Below are positions 50,380-58,557 of a DNA stretch of 58,557 nucleotides, one piece after another (within the stretch, counting starts at the first letter, position 1; each line of letters begins with the position of its first letter). The position numbers and the translations under genes were made by a program. The DNA is taken from assembly GCA_043769275.1 (NCBI GenBank), contig JAYVJM010000091.1, forward strand, positions 1 through 58,557, given 5' to 3'. A model generated the notes under the pieces. It ran no database searches and had not been told where the DNA came from. It saw nothing but the letters and a program-made list of their open reading frames with translations. The DNA is from Cellvibrionales bacterium. GTDB lineage: Bacteria > Pseudomonadota > Gammaproteobacteria > Pseudomonadales > UBA7239.

Positions 50380-50973
50380 ATGAGTCACAGTCTTATTTTG
50401 TTCATTGTATTGATAGCGTTAGCTGTCTACATCATTAGCTTATTCAACAGGCTGGTGGCCTTACAGAATCGCTACAAAAATGGGTTCGCGCAAATTGATG
50501 TGCAATTGAAGCGCCGTTACGACCTGATTCCTAATCTTGTTGAAACAGCAAAAGCCTATGTGTCACATGAAAGCAAAACGCTAGAGGCGGTCATACAAGC
50601 GCGCAATCAAGCACAAACACAGCTCGTGCAGGCTGCGGCCAATCCTGGTGACGGTCAATCTATGCGAGGTCTGTCGCAGGCAGAGCAGCAACTGGGTGGA
50701 GCATTAGGGCAATTAAAAGTCACAATGGAAGCCTACCCAGACTTGAAAGCCAGCCAAAACATGGCGCAATTGTCAGAGGAGCTAACTAGCACGGAGAATA
50801 AAGTCGCTTTTGCGCGCCAAGCATTCAATGATGCGGTAGCTGATTACAACACGACGCGGCAAATTTTCCCCGTTAATGTTCTCGCGGGTATCTTTGGCCA
50901 TACACAAGATGCCGCACTTCTCGAATTTGAAGATCACAAAGAAATTCAGGCCGCCCCTAAAGTGAGTTTTTAA
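50380..50973 (+). CDS. lemA: LemA-family membrane protein
   Basis: N-terminal TM and LemA core (RRYDLIPNLVETAK...AYPDLKASQN...YNTTRQIFPVNVLAGIFG). Confidence 0.88.
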   Translation: MSHSLILFIVLIALAVYIISLFNRLVALQNRYKNGFAQIDVQLKRRYDLIPNLVETAKAYVSHESKTLEAVIQARNQAQTQLVQAAANPGDGQSMRGLSQAEQQLGGALGQLKVTMEAYPDLKASQNMAQLSEELTSTENKVAFARQAFNDAVADYNTTRQIFPVNVLAGIFGHTQDAALLEFEDHKEIQAAPKVSF

Positions 50974-50992
50974 TTACAGACCAGCCATTTGC

Positions 50993-52927
50993 ATGAACTT
51001 TTTTCAGGCACAGGATGCCGCCCGCCATAAAACAGCCCTGCTGATAGTGCTGCTTGTCTTGGCCGTTCTATGCTTGATTGGTTTAACGCAGTTGCTGGTG
51101 ATGGCGGTTTTACACTACGGTTCAGCACCGACTTCACAATTGGCACAAGGCAGCCTGTGGTCTGGTTTTTCATGGCTTATGTTGGCGTGTATTGCGGCAG
51201 GCATTATTTCCGTCGTTAGCCTCGCCTCGGTTTATAAAATTGTTCAGCTACGTGCTGGCGGTTCCGCTATTGCCGAACTCCTAGACGGGCATACGCTTGG
51301 TCGCGGAGCTGGCAATTTATCCGAACAAAAAATTCTGAATATTGTGGAAGAAATGGCTATCGCCTCCGGCATGCCTGTGCCGGCCGTATACATCATAGAA
51401 GAGCCTGCCATCAATGCTTTTGCGGCGGGACACGACAGCAAAGACGTTGTTATAGGCGTTACGCGTGGCTGTATTGAGCGCCTCAATCGCGACGAGTTGC
51501 AGGGGGTCATTGCCCACGAATTTAGTCACATTTTCAACGGTGATATGCGTCTAAATTTAAAATTGATCGGCATTTTGCACGGCATTTTATTTATCGGCTT
51601 GCTGGGGCGCATGCTGCTGGAAGGTGGAGGCAGTCGCCGTGCTGGCGGTCGTGACGACATGCGCACTGTTATCGTCTTGTTTTTTTTGGGTGTCGGCTTA
51701 ACGATTATTGGCTATAGCGGTGTTTTTTTTGGAAATTTGATTAAGGCCGCCATTAGTCGACAGCGCGAGTTTTTGGCTGATGCCTCTGCTGTGCAATATA
51801 CGCGCAACCCCATTGGTATTGGGGGCGCACTCAAGAAAATTGGTGGTTTTCCTCGCGGCTCGCGCTTGCTGCATCCTAATGCGCAGCAAATAAGTCATTT
51901 GTTTTTTAGCGATGGAATCGGTGCTTCATCGTGGATGTTTTCAACACATCCTTCGCTGGCGCGACGCATAAAGGCTATCGATCCGCACTGGAAGGGCGAC
52001 TATCCCCATGTCGATGCATTAGCCGTTGATAAAGAAATTTCCGCATCGGAAGATGTGCTGCCCAAGGCTGATATTCCATACACGCCGCATCAGGTTGCAG
52101 CAGTCATTACCGGAGCGGCTTTAACGCAAGCTATCAATGGCATTGGCGCACCATCGGCGGAGCATTTGTTGCAGGCGCGTATGGTGCTCACCAGTTTGCC
52201 AGACGATATCAGGCAGTTGAGCTATAAAACACAAGGAGCCGCTGCGCTTATACACTGCTTGTTATTGGACAAAAACCCTGAAAAACATCAACAGCAAATG
52301 GTTTTGCTGAAGGGTCTAATTGACCAAGGTATTTATTCAATATGTGAAAAGGTTAGCGCGGGTATTGCGCATCTGCCCGTTAACTTGCGTTTACCATTGT
52401 TGGATATGTGTTTACCCACACTTAAAACGCTTGATGCAGCGCAGCTTCAGCAATTTATGCGTGTGGTGATGTCGCAAATCAAGGCCGACACACATATTTC
52501 GCTGTTTGAGTGGGCGCTGTATCGTTTGCTGTGTCAGCATCTTGTAGGCCGCCGCCAACACGGCGTGGGTAAGGTGCCGCTGTCTGCGCTTGGTTCAGCG
52601 TGCTGCACGGTGTTGTCTGCGCTGGCTCTGGCAACAAACAACGATCCAGAACACGCCAGAAAGCAGTTTGCGCAAGGCTGGAAAATGCTGACTTTGTCTG
52701 CTGCGGAGATTGAGCTCACTGCGCTCGACAACATGGCAAAGCTCGATCAAGCCGTACAGGCGCTGAAAAAAATACAGCCACTAATGAAGCCGCGTTTATT
52801 AAAGGCCTGCTGCGCAGTGATCGAAAATAATAATTGTTATGGCGAGGAATCCATCGAGTTGTTACGCGCGATAGCAGATACCATTGAAGCGCCTATCCCG
52901 CCTGTTATTACTGCCCCGCGTATTTAA
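50993..52927 (+). CDS. M48-family (HtpX-like) zinc metallopeptidase with long C-terminal extension
   Basis: Two N-terminal TMs, HEFSHI (HExxH), two more TMs, and REFLADASAV as the third ligand region. A ~330-aa C-terminal region follows in which I recognise no motif. It begins 20 nt after lemA. Confidence 0.8.
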   Translation: MNFFQAQDAARHKTALLIVLLVLAVLCLIGLTQLLVMAVLHYGSAPTSQLAQGSLWSGFSWLMLACIAAGIISVVSLASVYKIVQLRAGGSAIAELLDGHTLGRGAGNLSEQKILNIVEEMAIASGMPVPAVYIIEEPAINAFAAGHDSKDVVIGVTRGCIERLNRDELQGVIAHEFSHIFNGDMRLNLKLIGILHGILFIGLLGRMLLEGGGSRRAGGRDDMRTVIVLFFLGVGLTIIGYSGVFFGNLIKAAISRQREFLADASAVQYTRNPIGIGGALKKIGGFPRGSRLLHPNAQQISHLFFSDGIGASSWMFSTHPSLARRIKAIDPHWKGDYPHVDALAVDKEISASEDVLPKADIPYTPHQVAAVITGAALTQAINGIGAPSAEHLLQARMVLTSLPDDIRQLSYKTQGAAALIHCLLLDKNPEKHQQQMVLLKGLIDQGIYSICEKVSAGIAHLPVNLRLPLLDMCLPTLKTLDAAQLQQFMRVVMSQIKADTHISLFEWALYRLLCQHLVGRRQHGVGKVPLSALGSACCTVLSALALATNNDPEHARKQFAQGWKMLTLSAAEIELTALDNMAKLDQAVQALKKIQPLMKPRLLKACCAVIENNNCYGEESIELLRAIADTIEAPIPPVITAPRI

Positions 52928-53101
52928 AAGCCGCTAGTGTAAAAATTAAATTTCATCTTCATTGGTGGCGGAACAGTAGAGAGAAAGGCTGCATTTTACG
53001 GTTGTTCGTGGTCGGTTATGCACTTATACTACGCGCCGCTTTGTCGGCTTTAAAGTTCTACCTGTTTGACGGGCTTGTGGCGAGTTAAGGTGGGGATAAG
53101 C

Positions 53102-53494
53102 ATGCAGCACTGCCACGCGACAATTCGCCCGCCCCCGCTTTATCTTGTCAGCGCGGCTCAGTTGGCCGTGCTTGCGCCAGTTCTCTTTGTGGTTTTCTGG
53201 CTGCAGCCATTAGGTGCCAAAGCCTTAGCGATGGGCGCGTCGATTGAGATGGCGGCTAGGTTGTATTTCGGGTTTTATGCTTTTCGTTATATTGGCGCGC
53301 GGCAAATGCAACAGGTGGCACGTGCTTTTCGGCAGGGTGCTGTGGGTAAGTTTGTATTGGTTGTCGTGTTGTTTGGGCTGGTGTTTGCTTACTGCAGGTG
53401 GGCATCTCCGCTGCTGATTTTTTCGGGCTACGTGCTGGCATGGATTTTGGGCTCTGCCTTAAGCGCGAAATTGATAAGTACGTATCGATTTTGA
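53102..53494 (+). CDS. atpI: ATP synthase protein I
   Basis: Small hydrophobic protein directly upstream of atpB. The ATG at 53102 is preceded by AAGGTGGGG. Confidence 0.7.
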   Translation: MQHCHATIRPPPLYLVSAAQLAVLAPVLFVVFWLQPLGAKALAMGASIEMAARLYFGFYAFRYIGARQMQQVARAFRQGAVGKFVLVVVLFGLVFAYCRWASPLLIFSGYVLAWILGSALSAKLISTYRF

Positions 53495-53533
53495 TGTTTC
53501 CGTTTGATGTGTTTTAGGGCGGCAATTAGATAA

Positions 53534-54835
<1,302 letters not shown>

Positions 54836-54875
54836 TTCAGGTGCCCGCAAGTTAACCCTAACAAGAGGTGTTGGC

Positions 54876-55346
54876 GTGAATATCAACGCTACCATTATCG
54901 GACAAATGTTGTCCTTTTTGCTCTTTGTCGCTTTCTGCGCCAAATTTGTGTGGCCGGCCATTATTGGCGTGATGGCTGCGCGTGAAAAACGTATTGCGGA
55001 TGGCTTAGATAGTGCCGAGCAGGCAGGTCGAGACCTTGAGTTGGCGAAAGAAGAAGCTAGGCACAAATTACGTGTCGCTAAAGAGCAGGCTGCGGCCATC
55101 ATCGAACAAGCGAACAAACGTGCGAGCCAAATAGTAGAAGAGGCCAAGGAGCAGGCGAGCGCGGAAGGGGATCGCTTAAAAATCTCTGCACATGCCGAAA
55201 TAGATAAAGAGAAGGGGCGTGCGCGTGAAGAATTGCGTAAGCAGTTGGCGGCTTTGGTTGTCGTGGGTGTTGAGCGTGTTCTGCAGTCGTCGATAGACGT
55301 AAAGCAGCACAGTGAGATGCTCGGAAAGTTGGCAGCGGAGCTATAA
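54876..55346 (+). CDS. atpF: F0F1 ATP synthase subunit b
   Basis: N-terminal TM followed by a long charged helix. GTG start. Confidence 0.92.
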   Translation: MNINATIIGQMLSFLLFVAFCAKFVWPAIIGVMAAREKRIADGLDSAEQAGRDLELAKEEARHKLRVAKEQAAAIIEQANKRASQIVEEAKEQASAEGDRLKISAHAEIDKEKGRAREELRKQLAALVVVGVERVLQSSIDVKQHSEMLGKLAAEL

Positions 55347-55349
55347 AGC

Positions 55350-55898
55350 ATGGCTGAATTAGTGACGCTGGCCAGACCCTATGCCAAAGCGGCATTTGCG
55401 GTGGCTTTAGATGCAACGGCGTATACCAAGGGATTAACCCATTGGCAGGACATGCTCAACACATTAGCTGCGGTCGTTGGGCAACCCAAAATGCAAGCGG
55501 CACTTGATCGGCCTGAGTTAACCTGCGAGCAGCAGGCGCAGTTGTTATTGTCTGTTTGTGGTGATGCGTTGGATAGCAAGGCGCAAAATTTTGTGCGCGT
55601 ATTGGCAGGCAACAAACGTATGTCCTTGCTGCCGGAAATTGCCTTGCAGTTTGCAGAACTTAAAGCGCATCAGGAAAAAACGGTAGCGGTCGATGTGCGT
55701 TCAGCGTTTGCGCTAGATGCGACTCAAGCGGCATCTTTGGCACAGGTTTTGGGTCGGCGGTGGCGGTGTCAGGTTGAGCTTTCCACCGAAGTTGATGCCA
55801 GCTTGTTGGGCGGATTGGTGATTAAGGCGGGCGATACTGTGATTGATGCCTCCGTGCGTGGACGACTGCATAAATTGGCCGATGCGCTGAACGTCTAA
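55350..55898 (+). CDS. atpH: F0F1 ATP synthase subunit delta
   Basis: N-terminus LARPYAKAAF and OSCP-family length, in the expected position. Confidence 0.9.
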   Translation: MAELVTLARPYAKAAFAVALDATAYTKGLTHWQDMLNTLAAVVGQPKMQAALDRPELTCEQQAQLLLSVCGDALDSKAQNFVRVLAGNKRMSLLPEIALQFAELKAHQEKTVAVDVRSAFALDATQAASLAQVLGRRWRCQVELSTEVDASLLGGLVIKAGDTVIDASVRGRLHKLADALNV

Positions 55899-55991
55899 CT
55901 CGCAAATAACAAATTGACAACATTATTTATCGTTAATTATTGACAGAGAAGCTGGCCAAACACCGCAGCTTCTACATGAGGATAGCCGGAC

Positions 55992-57536
55992 ATGCAGCAA
56001 CTAAATCCCTCTGAAATCAGCGAAATCATCAAAAGCCGCATTGAGAAACTTGATGTTGCGACACAAGCTAAAAATCAAGGCACGATTGTGTCGGTGTCGG
56101 ACGGCATTGTGCGTATACACGGCCTTGCTGATGTGATGTACGGTGAAATGATTGAGTTTAACGGCGGCATTTACGGTATGGCACTCAACCTTGAGCGCGA
56201 TTCTGTTGGCGCGGTTATTTTGGGCGAATACCAGAGCTTAGCTGAAGGGCAAACCTGTCGTTGCACGGGTCGTATTCTTGAGGTGCCGGTCGGCCCTGAA
56301 CTGGAAGGTCGCGTGCTTGATGCGCTCGGCAATCCAATTGACGGTAAAGGCGCGCTCAATGCCAAGTTGTCTGAGCCTTTGGAAAAAGTGGCTCCTGGTG
56401 TTATTGCTCGGAAATCAGTCGATCAGCCATTACAAACGGGTTATAAGTCTGTTGACTCTATGGTGCCGGTAGGTCGCGGTCAGCGCGAGTTGATTATCGG
56501 TGACCGCCAAGTCGGCAAAACGGCGCTTGCAGTTGATACGATCATCAACCAAAAAGGCACCGGCATTAAATGTATTTATGTGGCTATCGGTCAGAAACAG
56601 TCGACCGTCGCCAACGTGGTGCGCAAACTAGAAGAGCATGGTGCGATGGCGCACACTACCGTGGTGGTGGCTGCGGCAGCTGATCCAGCTTCTATGCAGT
56701 TTCTGGCACCGTTTGCTGGTTGCACCATGGGTGAGTATTACCGCGATCGCGGTCAAGATGCGCTTATCATTTATGATGATTTGACCAAGCAGGCATGGGC
56801 GTATCGTCAAATCTCTCTGTTGCTGCGCCGCCCACCCGGTCGGGAAGCCTACCCTGGTGATGTTTTTTATCTTCACTCTCGTCTATTGGAGCGTGCAGCG
56901 CGTGTGAATGCTGAGTATGTGGAGCAGTGCACCAAAGGCGCAGTAAAAGGCAAAACTGGCTCTTTGACTGCATTGCCAATTATCGAAACACAAGCCGGCG
57001 ACGTATCTGCATTCGTGCCGACTAACGTGATTTCCATTACGGATGGCCAAATATTTTTAGAAACCAGCTTGTTTAATGCCGGTGTTCGCCCTGCTATGAA
57101 TGCCGGTATTTCGGTGTCGCGTGTAGGTGGCGCAGCGCAGACTAAGATCATCAAAAAATTGGGTGGTGGTGTGCGTTTGGCTCTGGCGCAGTACCGTGAG
57201 CTTCAGGCGTTTGCACAGTTCGCTTCTGATCTTGACGAGGCGACACGCTCGCAATTACAACACGGTCAGCGTGTGACGGAATTGATGAAGCAGAAGCAGT
57301 ATGCGCCGATGTCGGTGGCTGAAATGGGTATTTTGTTGTACGCCGCCGATAACAAATACCTCAATGATATTGACGTGAATAAAATAGGCGGTTTTGAAGC
57401 GTCTCTGTTGTCTTATTTGCACGCAGAACATGCGGCATTGCTTGCGAAAATCAATGAAAGTGGCGATTACAACGCAGATATTGAGGCGGGTATTCGTGCT
57501 GCGCTCGATACATTCAAAGCCACTCAGACGTGGTAA
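55992..57536 (+). CDS. atpA: F0F1 ATP synthase subunit alpha
   Basis: Walker A GDRQVGKT, with [27 protein letters not shown]. Confidence 0.97.
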   Translation: MQQLNPSEISEIIKSRIEKLDVATQAKNQGTIVSVSDGIVRIHGLADVMYGEMIEFNGGIYGMALNLERDSVGAVILGEYQSLAEGQTCRCTGRILEVPVGPELEGRVLDALGNPIDGKGALNAKLSEPLEKVAPGVIARKSVDQPLQTGYKSVDSMVPVGRGQRELIIGDRQVGKTALAVDTIINQKGTGIKCIYVAIGQKQSTVANVVRKLEEHGAMAHTTVVVAAAADPASMQFLAPFAGCTMGEYYRDRGQDALIIYDDLTKQAWAYRQISLLLRRPPGREAYPGDVFYLHSRLLERAARVNAEYVEQCTKGAVKGKTGSLTALPIIETQAGDVSAFVPTNVISITDGQIFLETSLFNAGVRPAMNAGISVSRVGGAAQTKIIKKLGGGVRLALAQYRELQAFAQFASDLDEATRSQLQHGQRVTELMKQKQYAPMSVAEMGILLYAADNKYLNDIDVNKIGGFEASLLSYLHAEHAALLAKINESGDYNADIEAGIRAALDTFKATQTW

Positions 57537-57547
57537 GGCGGTAGCTT

Positions 57548-58408
57548 ATGGCAGGCGCCAAAGAGGTACGCACCAAAATCGCCAGTGTGAAAAGCACGCA
57601 GAAAATCACTAAGGCGATGGAAAAGGTGGCGTTCAGCAAGATGCGTAAAGCGCAAGAGCGTATGGCGAACGGTAAGCCCTATGCGACGCGCATGCGCGCA
57701 GTGATTGCGCACATTGCCAACGCTACGCCGGAATATAAGCATCGCTACATGATTGATAGACCGGTCAAACGTGTGGGCTATATCGTGGTGTCGTCTGATC
57801 GTGGTTTGTGCGGCGGTTTGAATATCAATGAGTTCAAGCTGGCAGTGAAGTCCATGAAAGCGTGGAGCGAGCAGGGCGTACAAATTGATATCTGCGCCAT
57901 CGGCACGAAAGCACAGTCATTTTTCAAAAGTTATGGCGGTAACGTATTGGCTGCAATGCGAGATATGAGCGATACCGTATCCACCAGCGAGCTTATTGGC
58001 AGCGTAAAAGTGATGCTGGATGCTTACGATAACGGCAGCATTGATCGCCTGTTCGTCTTGTCAAATGAATTTGTGAACACGATGACCCAATTGCCCACTC
58101 TGGCGCAGTTGTTGCCTCTGGTGCCGGAAGCTCATGAAAAGCGTGCACATGGCTGGGATTATATTTACGAACCCGATGCACAAAGTCTTTTAGATGGTTT
58201 GTTGACGCGCTACATCGAATCGCAAGTGCATCAGGCTGTAGTAGAAAACAAAGCCTGTGAAATGGCCGCACGTATGGTTGCAATGAAAAACGCCACTGAA
58301 AACGCCGGTGATTTAATCAACGATTTGCAGTTGCTATACAACAAAGCGCGCCAAGGGGCGATCACGCAAGAGCTGTCTGAAATCGTCAGCGGGGCGGCGG
58401 CGGTCTAA
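57548..58408 (+). CDS. atpG: F0F1 ATP synthase subunit gamma
   Basis: N-terminus [28 protein letters not shown] and C-terminus [20 protein letters not shown]. Confidence 0.95.
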   Translation: MAGAKEVRTKIASVKSTQKITKAMEKVAFSKMRKAQERMANGKPYATRMRAVIAHIANATPEYKHRYMIDRPVKRVGYIVVSSDRGLCGGLNINEFKLAVKSMKAWSEQGVQIDICAIGTKAQSFFKSYGGNVLAAMRDMSDTVSTSELIGSVKVMLDAYDNGSIDRLFVLSNEFVNTMTQLPTLAQLLPLVPEAHEKRAHGWDYIYEPDAQSLLDGLLTRYIESQVHQAVVENKACEMAARMVAMKNATENAGDLINDLQLLYNKARQGAITQELSEIVSGAAAV

Positions 58409-58500
58409 ACGTGTTTAAGCAAAAAAATCCAGAGACACCGTAAGCGCGGTCGTTTTTAATAACTGATGTTACGCAACCCTCCCCCTGATAAGCTTGCCGA

Positions 58501-58557
58501 ATGAAAAAAGCCGACCTTGATTTATACACCGACTATTTGTTGAGCACTTTTGGTGCT
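58501..58557 (+). mobile_element. possible 5' end of an IS (IS4/IS701-like DDE transposase), truncated by the window edge
   Basis: ATG at 58501 followed by MKKADLDLYTDYLLSTFGA. The DLYTDYLxSxFG start resembles N-termini of a DDE transposase family as I recall it. It is clearly not an AtpD N-terminus. Only 19 codons are visible. Confidence 0.4.

Noticed and set aside
55947-55973. Perfect 8-bp hairpin (AGAAGCTG/CAGCTTCT, 11-nt loop) and a TTGACA-like hexamer in the 93-nt atpH-atpA spacer.
   Set aside because: It could be an mRNA processing or stability element or an internal promoter. However, there is no T-run and no independent support, which is too weak to call.

Overview
This is a 58.6-kb chromosomal window with about 50% GC by eye and gammaproteobacterial gene order. 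No database search was possible, so all family calls come from motifs read in the supplied translations. Most of the window is conserved core. In order it holds:
- folA and tRNA-Ser(GGA) on the minus strand.
- A complete, translationally coupled dcw cluster, mraZ-rsmH-ftsL-ftsI-murE-murF-mraY-murD-ftsW-murG-murC-ddl-ftsQ-ftsA-ftsZ (1.7-18.8 kb), with a recognisable MraZ operator.
- A type IV pilus minor-pilin operon, pilV-pilW-pilX-pilY1-pilE (19.1-25.6 kb), sitting where lpxC normally follows ftsZ. pilY1 is interrupted by a single in-frame TAA.
- hom-thrC and pcm-nlpD-rpoS on the minus strand (25.8-31.5 kb).
- pilS-pilR-fimT, hisZ-purA and lgt-thyA.
- An orphan 672-aa secreted protein built from nested in-frame tandem repeats (40.2-42.2 kb). 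This is the most unusual element in the window.
- mutS, a speD-speE-ornithine decarboxylase polyamine operon, apeB-DUF385, yaeQ and lemA-M48 peptidase.
- atpIBEFHAG. After atpG the window ends in what looks like the first 19 codons of an IS transposase instead of atpD.

I saw no rRNA, CRISPR array, prophage or recognisable defence or toxin-antitoxin system. Several ORF-track starts were moved to internal starts supported by homologous N-termini and Shine-Dalgarno (SD) sequences.
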